DNA of 52,337 nt from a virus (lineage: Duplodnaviria; Caudoviricetes), in the IMG/VR virus record IMGVR_UViG_3300035199_000755, positions 1-52,337 of that record. One strand, given 5' to 3'. Under the pieces are notes generated by a model. It saw only the letters and a list, made by a program, of their open reading frames with translations, did not search any database and had not been told where the DNA came from. Positions within the stretch are counted from its first letter, which is position 1; the number at the start of each line of letters is the position of its first letter. Below are positions 1-9,122 of this stretch, piece after piece. Both the position numbers and the translations under genes were made by a program.

Positions 1-242
1 GTTACAGCGAAATCTGGAGCTTCATCTCCAACCGGAAGGCTGGCCTTTTCAAGTGCCTTTTCAATTTTTATCCACAGCCTGCTTTCACAGGTTGCCCTCC
101 CTTCTAGGTGAGACAGCACTGTGCTCAATGACTTCCCTTCACTTGGAAGCATAATACCAAATAAGTCTCTTAAGTGCACAAGCTCAGTGTTAGTAAGCTT
201 TAACACATTCAATTTCATACGTTTTGTTTTTTTCTCAGGCAT
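1..242 (-). CDS. hypothetical protein, runs off the left edge (partial)
   Basis: Not in the ORF track; manual translation from ATG at 242 gives an open frame MPEKKTKRMKLNVLKLTNTELVHLRDLFGIMLPSEGKSLSTVLSHLEGRATCESRLWIKIEKALEKASLPVGDEAPDFAV...; promoter-like element directly upstream. Confidence 0.75.
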   Translation of the reverse strand, partial: MPEKKTKRMKLNVLKLTNTELVHLRDLFGIMLPSEGKSLSTVLSHLEGRATCESRLWIKIEKALEKASLPVGDEAPDFAV

Positions 243-247
243 GAATC

Positions 248-276
248 ATTGTAACGAAATATTAAAAATATGTTCA
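248..276 (-). promoter_or_regulatory. sigma70-like promoter TGAACA-N17-TACAAT
   Basis: Hexamers at 271-276 and 248-253, 17 nt spacing, 5 nt before ATG at 242 (probably leaderless). Confidence 0.5.
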
Positions 277-277
277 A

Positions 278-844
278 TTAAGATATCATCAATCGTTTTT
301 TTGCAGCCTCAGTTTGAGGTTCTCCAACCTTAATGGGGGGAGTTTCATCAGTTTCACTCTCGGGTGATTCTAAGGGCTCCGTAGATTTCTTGGTAGGTTC
401 CATGGTAATATCATCTGATGGGTCATCTGCAATGGCTGCAGGCTCTCCTGCAACCATAATATCTTTTAACCCCTCTAAAAATCCTATCAGCGCAGTTCTT
501 GCGGGGGGTTTTAGATTATTAAAGTAAGCAACGAACTCTTTCTTGATATTGACGTTCTTCACTGATTTTCCGCTTCTTATATCATTAAGCAGTGACATCG
601 CCATGTCAGAAGATATCTTTACAGACTTTTTAGCCTGTGGTTCTATTGGCTCTTGTTCTTTCGGTTCAGTTTGCTGGGGGGATGGCTCTTTTTTCCCTGG
701 TTGTTCTGGGTCATCTTCCTCTAAAAGCTTTTGGTTCGGATAATGATAGCCGGCAACACCGTACTCTGATAACAACTGACTTATCGAAGAATCTACTATT
801 TTTTTAAGCTCTTGTTCTTGGATCAAGTGTGTAAAATCACCCAT
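278..844 (-). CDS. hypothetical phage protein (acidic, Pro/Glu-rich linkers)
   Basis: 188 aa ORF coupled to the upstream gene; no recognisable catalytic motif. Confidence 0.75.
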   Translation of the reverse strand: MGDFTHLIQEQELKKIVDSSISQLLSEYGVAGYHYPNQKLLEEDDPEQPGKKEPSPQQTEPKEQEPIEPQAKKSVKISSDMAMSLLNDIRSGKSVKNVNIKKEFVAYFNNLKPPARTALIGFLEGLKDIMVAGEPAAIADDPSDDITMEPTKKSTEPLESPESETDETPPIKVGEPQTEAAKKRLMIS

Positions 845-1019
845 TATACGTTACCCTGTTTCTCCAGTCTTCCCTATACTTCTTGTCTAGCTTACGTGCA
901 AAGGTTTCATCTTCATCAGGATCGTCAGAAACCTTTGGCTTCTTCTCATCCAAACCTTTTAAAAATTTATCAAAATTTAATTTATCTTCGATGTGCGTTT
1001 CTTCATTACTATGCCACAT
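837..1019 (-). CDS. hypothetical protein
   Basis: 60 aa, abuts neighbours, GGAGG SD upstream. Confidence 0.65.
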   Translation of the reverse strand: MWHSNEETHIEDKLNFDKFLKGLDEKKPKVSDDPDEDETFARKLDKKYREDWRNRVTYNG

Positions 1020-1358
1020 TTATTCCTCCGTGATAAACTCAAAATCGTTTAAGCTTTTAAGCTTTTCGCCCTTTCTAATTGTGCTCCTACTATACATATG
1101 GTGTCCGGATGGAAAACCCCGTTGGCTCTTTCCTGGAGGCGATCTATAATGACGTTTTATTCTTGTTCCGGCGTAGGGTGCGGCCTCTCTGGCAATCCTC
1201 AAAGGAAAATCATTTGTTATAATGTACCTAACACCAGGCACCAATAAAACATTGTTATCGTTACCCTGTATCCATATTAATCGCTTCGGTGTAATTATTC
1301 TTCCTGCTAATCCACCGCGGCCTAATGTAGACCGTATATATTCGCGTAGTATATCCAC
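1020..1358 (-). CDS. hypothetical basic protein
   Basis: 112 aa, N-terminal LREYIRSTL amphipathic motif, GAGG SD. Confidence 0.65.
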   Translation of the reverse strand: MDILREYIRSTLGRGGLAGRIITPKRLIWIQGNDNNVLLVPGVRYIITNDFPLRIAREAAPYAGTRIKRHYRSPPGKSQRGFPSGHHMYSRSTIRKGEKLKSLNDFEFITEE

Positions 1359-1361
1359 GTA

Positions 1362-1769
1362 TTAAACCTCTAAATAGGCATGAACGACTACTCTATCATT
1401 GGTTATTTCGCCTATATCTACAACAATCGATTGCTCATTAATCGACATAATTTCGTGTATAACTTTGTTTCCACCCCGTTGCAATAACACACTAACGTTA
1501 TTATCACATTGTACTATTTCCTGAATACTGTTTATGCTGGTGCTAAACTCTATTGACCGTAGTTGTCGAACTCGGCTGCCACGGAGATTTCTGAGAATGA
1601 ACTGCATTGAAAGTAATTCGACACCAGAAATCTCGTTTCCGTCGATGCTCAACTGAAAGCCTGTTTTGGATTCGAATATGTCGCTTGATAAATCTATTCT
1701 ATCCTTCAGGGATTCGCTTAAATATACTCTATCTTCTGACATACGAAACCTGATTATAGATTTGGTCAC
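1362..1769 (-). CDS. hypothetical protein
   Basis: 135 aa ORF in the tight minus-strand array; the real start may be the internal Met (MSEDRV). Confidence 0.65.
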   Translation of the reverse strand: MTKSIIRFRMSEDRVYLSESLKDRIDLSSDIFESKTGFQLSIDGNEISGVELLSMQFILRNLRGSRVRQLRSIEFSTSINSIQEIVQCDNNVSVLLQRGGNKVIHEIMSINEQSIVVDIGEITNDRVVVHAYLEV

Positions 1770-2136
1770 TCACTTTTGCATAATTTAAATCACGTTTTGT
1801 TACGTCATTAATATCATGGGTATATACCGTGATTGCAACATTCAGATCACGTATGACCTGCAATCCGTGGTGGCCAGAGGCTTGCTGATATCGTAATAAC
1901 TCGCCTAAAAATCCGACAAGGGATTCAGCGTTTTGAAACTCGTACTGTCTTTGTAGTTCGTTTCTGCCACCTATATTAACCTGCTTCCACTTAAACGATT
2001 TTACTGTTACAGGAAGATCATCATTCGATTTATTAATCGGAAGATCCATCACTTTTTCTAGCGAATTTTTATATAGCATTTGCTCACTATGAACATTTTT
2101 ATTCAGTGTAGTCATATGTTCAAGCAACGATTCCAT
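1729..2136 (-). CDS. pterin-4-alpha-carbinolamine dehydratase (PCD/PhhB) family protein
   Basis: LQRQYEF...GFL...ASGHHG...V.ITVYTHD..DVT.RDLNYA..SD matches the PCD pattern (HH and TH histidines). Confidence 0.75.
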   Translation of the reverse strand: MESLLEHMTTLNKNVHSEQMLYKNSLEKVMDLPINKSNDDLPVTVKSFKWKQVNIGGRNELQRQYEFQNAESLVGFLGELLRYQQASGHHGLQVIRDLNVAITVYTHDINDVTKRDLNYAKVSDQIYNQVSYVRR

Positions 2137-2137
2137 A

Positions 2138-3547
2138 TTACGCTATCTCAATTTTTTCGCCAGTACGAATGGCGGCAACCACGTCAAGGGGAGCTTTTGC
2201 CAGCTTATCCGCCTGTTGCATAAAGGGCTCAAGCTTCTTTTGAAAAGAAGGTAATTCTGCCACCATCGATGGACTCACGTCTTCAAGTGCAGATCTCAGT
2301 TCGCTTCTTGGTAAATCCATAACGACATTTACTAACCCATTAATATAGTTCATTCCAGTTTTTTGATTATGTCTACTTTCGACGCTCTTAATGCGGCTAT
2401 GAATATCGACTATTTTATCTTGAGCAATATCTAATCTTGCCTCTGCATCGGGTACGCCTAGCGCAATCTCCTCGAAATTTGCTGCGTTGGGATCGCTGGT
2501 TTCATATTCTTTTCTCGCGCTGTCAAGACTAATTTCTGCATCAGCCTTCGCACCCTGAGCTTTCTTGAGTTCAGCTTCTAGTTTATCCAACTCAGTCTGT
2601 GTGTCCCTGCTCGCTTTATGGACGGCCACAACTTCCTTCTCGTAATCTTCAAGATCATCCGGATCAGCATGCACAAGAGACACGACTGCGCTTGATGCTA
2701 AATCTTCTGCTATATCTTCAAAAAGATCAGAGAAGGCCGTTACCATCTCCGCTGTGGCTGGTTCCATTTTATCGACCACACTACGATCAACAGCCAAACC
2801 ATACGCTAAAATGAGCGATAGGTTTTTTTCGTCTATTAAACCCTTAACAACGTCTTCATACGTAGATTGTAATAACTCATTGTATTTATCAAGAAACCCA
2901 TTCGCAGTCTCTTTATACTTTCTCAACTTTGCGAGTACTTTATCAACCTTAACCCTGGTATCAAGCGCTCTAATGTGATCCTTTGCTACGCCCAACTGTT
3001 GTGATAGCTCTTTAACATCGATACCTGGAGTTTCTTCAAGCGCATTAAGAATCTTTTCTGCTGATGCTTCGACCTCTGATACGAGCGCATCAAACTTATT
3101 ATTCTCCACAGCCCTATTTAATACCATCTTTGCCAGACCCTGAGCCTGCAATTTATGAACTCCGCCGTATGATAGCCCTAATAGCTCTCCCACATCAGCA
3201 ATCTTTTTATGACCCCTAAGGTGAGCTTTCGTTTGTTGCTCAAGTAAAATTTGATTAATTTTTTTTCTTAACGCTTCGCGTGCCATTCTGTTTGAATCTG
3301 TGGTAGACAATTTTTCCTCCTCAACCATACTTTTAAATCGTGCATAAAAATCTATGGTGTCTACATTCGGTATTTGGCCTAACAGTGTTACCATAGCATC
3401 TTTAAGCTCATCCCAGCTCGTTGGACTATAATCTTCCTGTTCGACGGGTGGGGAAGGTCGTGCAACCTGTACGTCGGTGAGCGGATCTGGATTAATGGGT
3501 TGTTGTTCAACAGGTTCGCTTACAGAGATAACTGACGATTGTGACAT
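2138..3547 (-). CDS. hypothetical protein with sigma70 region-4-like HTH and long coiled coil
   Basis: KIADVGELLGLSYGGVHKLQAQGLAKM resembles region 4.2 (TLEEIGxxLGVSRERVRQIEAKALRKL); heptad-rich C-terminal half. Confidence 0.6.
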   Translation of the reverse strand: MSQSSVISVSEPVEQQPINPDPLTDVQVARPSPPVEQEDYSPTSWDELKDAMVTLLGQIPNVDTIDFYARFKSMVEEEKLSTTDSNRMAREALRKKINQILLEQQTKAHLRGHKKIADVGELLGLSYGGVHKLQAQGLAKMVLNRAVENNKFDALVSEVEASAEKILNALEETPGIDVKELSQQLGVAKDHIRALDTRVKVDKVLAKLRKYKETANGFLDKYNELLQSTYEDVVKGLIDEKNLSLILAYGLAVDRSVVDKMEPATAEMVTAFSDLFEDIAEDLASSAVVSLVHADPDDLEDYEKEVVAVHKASRDTQTELDKLEAELKKAQGAKADAEISLDSARKEYETSDPNAANFEEIALGVPDAEARLDIAQDKIVDIHSRIKSVESRHNQKTGMNYINGLVNVVMDLPRSELRSALEDVSPSMVAELPSFQKKLEPFMQQADKLAKAPLDVVAAIRTGEKIEIA

Positions 3548-3579
3548 ACGATTTTTTCCTTCTGTATCTATAGTATATA

Positions 3580-4068
3580 TTAATTTCTAGCGTCAACTGC
3601 ATATACTATTGCAATCGTAAGCCCTATTCCCGCTAAGATACCCCCAGCGAACCACAGCGTAGAATAATCGTTCGTACCAGAAGCAATATCGCTCAATCGC
3701 TTAATTTCATCATCTTTTATCTGGATTATCGATGTGTATTTTTGATTTAGGGACTCCATTGAAACCCTTGACGATTCTAAAAGAAGGTTCATTCTTGCAG
3801 TTTCTAGATCAACGTTGTACTTTATTCTAAGATCACATTCCTCCGTAGAAAAATTCTTATCGGTAAAAATCCTTGCGGCAGCGAGTGGATTTAATAAAAC
3901 ACCGGAGAAAGGAGCTGGTTGACCTTCTCTTATTCCCATAATTCTTGGACTTGGTGAAGATAAAGTTCCTGATGACGGTTGAGAATCATCTGGAGTTGGA
4001 GGGTCTGCATATAGACTAGCGGGAAATACTAAAGTAAAAATTAAAATATAGCTTATAAAAAACTTCAT
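3580..4068 (-). CDS. membrane-anchored coiled-coil protein, possible spanin-like component
   Basis: N-terminal signal peptide (ASLYA|D), central coiled coil, C-terminal TM helix LWFAGGILAGIGLTIAIVYAV. Confidence 0.5.
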   Translation of the reverse strand: MKFFISYILIFTLVFPASLYADPPTPDDSQPSSGTLSSPSPRIMGIREGQPAPFSGVLLNPLAAARIFTDKNFSTEECDLRIKYNVDLETARMNLLLESSRVSMESLNQKYTSIIQIKDDEIKRLSDIASGTNDYSTLWFAGGILAGIGLTIAIVYAVDARN

Positions 4069-4475
4069 TATTCATTCACGTATTCGAATCCGTATTTCTC
4101 AGCTAGTTTCATAGCCAACCCATCTGGATCATCGCTGTATTCTTCAACGATTCGTTTGATGTCCCTCTTTTTCTTATTATCCAACTCTAGGGTATCATTT
4201 GTGTATTTTTTTTGTAACTGATCTATAACGTTCTTGTATGTCTGTAAAATTTCATCGCGCTTTTTAATTTCTTGATCGTGGGCATCATTAATTGCATCTA
4301 ACTGTTTTCTATAGCTGTCATTTTGAATTTCGAGCACCTTTGTTACAGAGTCTTTCCGTCTAAATACGACAGCAAGGACTAACGTATACAAAACCAAAAA
4401 AGGAACCTGCCAATACTTTCTTAAGAAGGTCCAAGATTTTTTAAGAAACTTTTTAATAGCCAACCATGTTAACAT
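4068..4475 (-). CDS. N-terminally anchored coiled-coil protein, i-spanin-like
   Basis: Basic N-terminus, one TM (YWQVPFLVLYTLVLAVVF), coiled-coil remainder; TAATG overlap with next gene; follows holin-like gene. Confidence 0.5.
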   Translation of the reverse strand: MLTWLAIKKFLKKSWTFLRKYWQVPFLVLYTLVLAVVFRRKDSVTKVLEIQNDSYRKQLDAINDAHDQEIKKRDEILQTYKNVIDQLQKKYTNDTLELDNKKKRDIKRIVEEYSDDPDGLAMKLAEKYGFEYVNE

Positions 4476-4494
4476 ATAATATCACTTTATACAG

Positions 4495-4698
4495 TTATTG
4501 TGTAGGACCGTGTCTCCACCGAGTAGCAATATCTGCCAGACCTTCGAGTCCTATGTACGCCAATGAAATTGCAACCCAGTCTGAGGATTCTAATGGAACG
4601 GTATCCAGTAGCATAAAACCAGTCGCGGTGATCCATACCATCAATTTTCTTGATAATATCTTGCTTAAACTTTTATCCAATAATTGTCGCATATACAA
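4495..4698 (-). CDS. putative holin
   Basis: 67 aa, ILSRKL + two TM segments + AYIGLEGLAD, typical of small SRK-type phage holins. Confidence 0.6.
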   Translation of the reverse strand: MYMRQLLDKSLSKILSRKLMVWITATGFMLLDTVPLESSDWVAISLAYIGLEGLADIATRWRHGPTQ

Positions 4699-4732
4699 TC
4701 CTTTGTTAAACGATGAGGAGAGTCCAGACTAC

Positions 4733-4969
4733 CTATTGGTTATTCTTGTTGCCAAGAATACTTAACAGAACCCAGGCAGCCACGAGGCCTACGAGACCTT
4801 CACTACCTAGGGATTTAGTAACACTTACAACGCTGCCGACAACATCGACAGGAAAGAAAGGTGTTGCAGGTCCAAAAAGCACCTGCAAGACTACGGCCAA
4901 CGCAAGAATTGCGACCGCCGTTTCGGTTAAACTTTTTATCCACTCAGTGGCTTGCTTAATATAGTCCAT
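4733..4969 (-). CDS. small two-TM membrane protein
   Basis: 78 aa, two hydrophobic helices, strong AAGGAGG SD. Confidence 0.7.
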   Translation of the reverse strand: MDYIKQATEWIKSLTETAVAILALAVVLQVLFGPATPFFPVDVVGSVVSVTKSLGSEGLVGLVAAWVLLSILGNKNNQ

Positions 4970-4986
4970 AATTTTCCTCCTTATTG

Positions 4987-5250
4987 CTAAAAGGGACTCT
5001 CCTCATCGATCAAATTAAAAATAGAATCAGCGTCAGTTTTGCTGAATTTCTGTATTTCTCTGTTCCTCTTTGCCTCTACAAGGGTTCCCAACATCTTATC
5101 CAAATAGGGATCTTTCTGTATAACCCGTCTGGCAAATTCCTCTATCATCTCCGTCATAGATAGTCCATATTCAAAAGATTTAATCTTAAATCCTGCGTGA
5201 GTCTCCTTTAAAAGAGCAACATGAATACTTTTTTTCATACAATCTACCAT
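4987..5250 (-). CDS. putative ribbon-helix-helix DNA-binding protein
   Basis: KKSIHVAL (strand)-KETHAGFKIKS (helix)-GLSMTEMIEEFARR (helix). Confidence 0.55.
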   Translation of the reverse strand: MVDCMKKSIHVALLKETHAGFKIKSFEYGLSMTEMIEEFARRVIQKDPYLDKMLGTLVEAKRNREIQKFSKTDADSIFNLIDEESPF

Positions 5251-5255
5251 AACAT

Positions 5256-5804
5256 CTACGCTGGTAATTTACCGGCACCGACAGCTAAGGGAGATAGGGG
5301 CTCTGGAGTATAGTTGCCAGTGGGGCTAACATTATACTGGGACTCTAATAAGTCTCTTAAGCTCTCTGACGAAGATTCATCATAGTTTTCTTTTATGTAA
5401 TTTAATGCCCGTGTTATTATAACCGTTCTTACATCTAGAAGGTTCTCGTGATTGTCAACGAGACGAGCAACATTCGCAGCAAATTCATTCAAATTCAACG
5501 GAGCCTTATCGGGTTTAGTAGGTTCAGATACATCAACGTCTTCAGATCCTTCCGTGTTAGCATCTGGTTTATCTGTTTCATCGGTGGAAGCTTCTTCGGT
5601 GGAAGCTTCTTCAGCCTCTTGTTCGAATAAAAATTGTAATGATGAAATAAGCGAATATTTTTCTTGTACAACAGTAGATTCAGATTCAAAGTTAATTAAA
5701 ATAGAATCAATTTGATCGTCAACGGATACCGTTGATAGTCTTTGACTCGTTTCCGTCAATACGTTTTGTATTAATGATCTTAGGTATTGCTTTGTTAAAA
5801 TCAT
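5256..5804 (-). CDS. hypothetical acidic protein (possible virion-internal protein)
   Basis: 182 aa, N-terminal MILTKQYLRSLIQNVLTE motif, acidic linker. Confidence 0.7.
   Translation of the reverse strand: MILTKQYLRSLIQNVLTETSQRLSTVSVDDQIDSILINFESESTVVQEKYSLISSLQFLFEQEAEEASTEEASTDETDKPDANTEGSEDVDVSEPTKPDKAPLNLNEFAANVARLVDNHENLLDVRTVIITRALNYIKENYDESSSESLRDLLESQYNVSPTGNYTPEPLSPLAVGAGKLPA
5581..5610. repeat. 15-bp tandem duplication TCGGTGGAAGCTTCT x2 (EEAST x2)
   Basis: Read directly; in frame within the acidic linker. Confidence 0.9.
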
Positions 5805-6439
5805 TTTAGCGCCTTTACCATATTCTCAGTTTTTACGAAACGTTTTTCTATAATACGCCAATTTAATTCCCGCATCATATTAGTAATGTACGCTTTTCTA
5901 TTATTGAGATAGTCTTTGCCGTACACTCTAGGCGATACATTTATAACGATTATAGGATGACAGCCGACGGGAACACCTTCACTATCACCATCGAGAGTTA
6001 CATTGATATAGCGTTGTAGAAAACTGCTAAAAATTGTGGCACCCCAGCCAGCGCGAGAGGCCATACAAGCAGCTATAAAATCCTTTTGCCAATCATCAAA
6101 AGTTCCGAAATCTCGAGTAAGTCTTAAATACGATAACGAATCCATGGATAGCTGAGAATTTGGGTCGGCTATATTAGAGAAATATAATTGACTAAGATAT
6201 ATTCCGTTCATGTTATTTATGAAATCTAAACTTAGGTCTCTGTACTCGCCACCCAGTGGCGTTGCGTTCATCCTATCTGCCACGTCTAGTTTGGCACTTG
6301 TCGTATTGAACATGTCTATTTGTGCCTCATAGCACTGTAACATAACTGTTTTTTGTTGAGCAGACAATAACTCTGTGGAAAGACTATACTGTTTCGGGCT
6401 TGCAACGAAGGATTCTTTAAGGTTTTTTTCTTGTGGCAT
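5801..6439 (-). CDS. Fe/Mn superoxide dismutase-fold protein with metal ligands substituted
   Basis: DFGTFDDWQKDFIA...GW...PIIVINVSPRVY..DY.NNRKAYI....LNW matches the SOD C-domain; DVWEHAY is replaced by NVSPRVY. Confidence 0.8.
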   Translation of the reverse strand: MPQEKNLKESFVASPKQYSLSTELLSAQQKTVMLQCYEAQIDMFNTTSAKLDVADRMNATPLGGEYRDLSLDFINNMNGIYLSQLYFSNIADPNSQLSMDSLSYLRLTRDFGTFDDWQKDFIAACMASRAGWGATIFSSFLQRYINVTLDGDSEGVPVGCHPIIVINVSPRVYGKDYLNNRKAYITNMMRELNWRIIEKRFVKTENMVKALK

Positions 6440-6767
6440 GTTTTATCCGCTCCTCTCTACTACGTTTTTTTGCAGGTATTTCAAATTCAAAATCGTGTAG
6501 TAGTTGATCAAAGTCTATCTTTTCTGATCGACCTGCTGGATCAGCAAGCACAATTTCATCGCTTTCAATATCGACATCTGTCAAAACATAATCCAATTGA
6601 TCCTCGACATCGTTAGTTGCCCTAACAAGCCGGAGACCTTCGGCATCTTCGAGATATTTTTCATCAGATTTTTTTAGATGAACCTTCTTCTTCTTTGTGA
6701 CTTCACCTAACATCTTCTTATATTCACGAAGAATGATTTTTCTAAATTGTTTTTTGGTAAGAATCAT
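6417..6767 (-). CDS. hypothetical protein
   Basis: Track start is 6830; ATG at 6767 (MILTKKQFRKIILRE; or 6773) is more likely, with CAGGT SD-like site and ATAATTA element upstream. Confidence 0.65.
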   Translation of the reverse strand: MILTKKQFRKIILREYKKMLGEVTKKKKVHLKKSDEKYLEDAEGLRLVRATNDVEDQLDYVLTDVDIESDEIVLADPAGRSEKIDFDQLLHDFEFEIPAKKRSREERIKHATRKKP

Positions 6768-6804
6768 AAGCATCAACCTGTTATAATTATGAACCTGATA
6801 GCGA

Positions 6805-7245
6805 TTATGACACAAGTTGACTAACATCAACCGCTGCCGTCCTTAATACATCAAGACCTGTATGGTCTCTATAATCGTCTAAATAAATAACCCTATTTAT
6901 CCCAGAGTTCACTATGCACTTTGCACAATGTTCGCATGGAAGTGTCGTAACATACATAATTTTTTCTTTCTGGATATTATAATCAAGTTTCAATAACGCA
7001 TTTATTTCAGCGTGAATAAATCCACTTTCGCCGGGTTTTATGGACTGAACCTTGTTTTTTCCCCCTTTATAGTTACCGTTATATCCTAACGCAAGTACTT
7101 GTGTATTATCAAAAGTAACAATTACTGCGCCTACCTTTCTCCTGGGGTCTACAGACCTATTGGCTATAAGAAGTGCCATTGACATCCATATATCGTCCCA
7201 CAAAGGTCTACCATTTTCATCTCTACGCAGTTGCATTTTATTCAT
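6805..7245 (-). CDS. dCMP deaminase
   Basis: KVGAVIV, GYNG, HAEINAL and PCEHC zinc motifs. Confidence 0.93.
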   Translation of the reverse strand: MNKMQLRRDENGRPLWDDIWMSMALLIANRSVDPRRKVGAVIVTFDNTQVLALGYNGNYKGGKNKVQSIKPGESGFIHAEINALLKLDYNIQKEKIMYVTTLPCEHCAKCIVNSGINRVIYLDDYRDHTGLDVLRTAAVDVSQLVS

Positions 7246-7798
7246 AATCTACTTTATTCATCAACGGATGGTGTTTCCAGCACCTTGGTTCGTATTTATC
7301 AGAGCCACCTATAGATATAATATTTCCATCTTCAACTTTTTTATACGTATACTGAGCATCTGATCCGCAGACTGTACAGACGGCATTACATTTTTTAACA
7401 ATGGTAGCGTATGGTAACATCGATGATATCTCTTCAAACGGCTCGCATCCGGAAGATAAATCTAGTGTACTAACGACAATATCTTTACCGTGTTTATACA
7501 AGAAAATTAATGATTCGGCTATTCCATCGACCATAAACGCTTCGTCAACAGCAACAACGTCTATACTGGATTTAGCGTCTATCAAATGTTCTATAATATC
7601 ATTCCCATTAACAATTGTCTTACACGGAACTGCTGTTCCCGAATGCGTTACAATTTCTTTATGGGCATATCGTGCATCAATTTCTGGTTTAAATACCGCG
7701 GTGGTTTTTCCCTGGTAATGACATCTATCAAGATAATTTAAAAATCGTGTGGTTTTTCCGCTAAACATTGGACCACAATATACAATAAATCCAGCCAT
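7238..7798 (-). CDS. tdk: thymidine kinase (TK1 type)
   Basis: GPMFSGKT P-loop, VDEA, C-x2-C zinc site, IGG.DKYEPRC. Confidence 0.95.
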   Translation of the reverse strand: MAGFIVYCGPMFSGKTTRFLNYLDRCHYQGKTTAVFKPEIDARYAHKEIVTHSGTAVPCKTIVNGNDIIEHLIDAKSSIDVVAVDEAFMVDGIAESLIFLYKHGKDIVVSTLDLSSGCEPFEEISSMLPYATIVKKCNAVCTVCGSDAQYTYKKVEDGNIISIGGSDKYEPRCWKHHPLMNKVDYE

Positions 7799-8832
7799 TA
7801 TGCTCCCAATAAAATGTGGGTGGAACTCTCTGTTTGTCCAGCCGTTGTTTGTCTAATAAACTTTGCGCGAGTTTGGAGCTCTGTGATATTTCGAGTACCC
7901 GAATATGATAAACCAGATACTAAACCATTGCGTAAATCCCTTAAAATATTTTCTACTGGCCCTTTATAGTTTATAAACGTCGAAATTCCTTCATTCGATG
8001 AGTATTTTCCCCGCCATTCCACTTGAGCTTTTTTACTCGCCATTCCACGATATTCTTTTTTAACGCCGTGTTTTGTAGTTACTTTTTCACCGGGAGACTC
8101 GTCTGTTCCCGCAAGTAAAGATCCTAACATAACAAAATCTGCTCCGGCTGCGAGGGCTTTTACGATATCGCCGCTTGTACGGATTCCTCCATCGGCGATG
8201 ACCCTTGCATCGCGATCTGATTTAGCACAGTCAAATATTGTCTGTAGGCCTGGTACACCATGACCCGTCTGAACCCTCGTAGAACATATCGATCCCCCTC
8301 CTATATTACATCGAACGCTATCGGCACCCCAATCAGATAATTCATTAAATCCTGTGAGCGTCGCAACGTTTCCTGCCATAATATGCACATCGAAACCTAA
8401 CTCTCGTCTAATGGCAGAGATGGCATCTTTAACCAGCGCATGATGGCCATGGGCAACATCAACGCAGATAACCCTCGCGCCTGCTTTAAACACACTTACT
8501 GCACGCTCTAAATAATTGGTAGTTACTCCTATCGCAGCCCCTATAAGACCATTTCCAGACGCCCGGACGGCATCAGATACAAGAGTTACCTGTTGTTCGA
8601 TGGTGTTATACCTATGAATAATTCCTAACCCACCCATTTTAGACATTTCCACAGCCATTGAAGTACCGGTAACAGTATCCATAGGGGCTGACACAATAGG
8701 TAAGCTTAATTCGTGATTATTATCCAACGCATTACCAACGTAAACCTCGTTTCGACTTTTTATGTCTGAATACTGGGGTACTAGTAATACATCACTATAC
8801 GTTAACGCAATTTCGATATTTTTATATTCCAT
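7798..8832 (-). CDS. IMP dehydrogenase / GMP reductase family, no CBS domains (GMP reductase favoured)
   Basis: [23 protein letters not shown] catalytic Cys, [20 protein letters not shown]; flap has KY instead of the IMPDH RY dyad. Confidence 0.9.
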   Translation of the reverse strand: MEYKNIEIALTYSDVLLVPQYSDIKSRNEVYVGNALDNNHELSLPIVSAPMDTVTGTSMAVEMSKMGGLGIIHRYNTIEQQVTLVSDAVRASGNGLIGAAIGVTTNYLERAVSVFKAGARVICVDVAHGHHALVKDAISAIRRELGFDVHIMAGNVATLTGFNELSDWGADSVRCNIGGGSICSTRVQTGHGVPGLQTIFDCAKSDRDARVIADGGIRTSGDIVKALAAGADFVMLGSLLAGTDESPGEKVTTKHGVKKEYRGMASKKAQVEWRGKYSSNEGISTFINYKGPVENILRDLRNGLVSGLSYSGTRNITELQTRAKFIRQTTAGQTESSTHILLGA

Positions 8833-8838
8833 AATATC

Positions 8839-9117
8839 TCATTTATCTTCCAAAAATATTTTTGAGCGGTTGCTTATTTTAATTGTATCCAGTTTTTGTG
8901 ACCTTGTCATTTTTTTAAACGATATTTCAGCAATCTGTGCGGCTGATCTATCAGTAAATTTGACAGTGTATATAACCTTTACTGGCCTACGAGATCTAGT
9001 ATACTTAGCGCCTTTCGAAGATGTATTGTGTTCATTTATCCTTCTATTTATATCCGTTGTTATTCCCGTATATAAAGTATCATCACTGCACTGCAACACA
9101 TAAAGACACCAGGACAT
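8839..9117 (-). CDS. GIY-YIG nuclease (short YhbQ-like)
   Basis: LYVLQCSDDTLYTGITTDINRRINEHN...GAKYTRSRRPV. Confidence 0.92.
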   Translation of the reverse strand: MSWCLYVLQCSDDTLYTGITTDINRRINEHNTSSKGAKYTRSRRPVKVIYTVKFTDRSAAQIAEISFKKMTRSQKLDTIKISNRSKIFLEDK

Positions 9118-9122
9118 ATTAA

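Noticed and set aside
6805-8832. Purine modification (Z-genome or 7-deazaguanine) suggested by the GMP reductase and HD genes
   Set aside because: No purZ, folE/queCDE or dpdA is present in the window.
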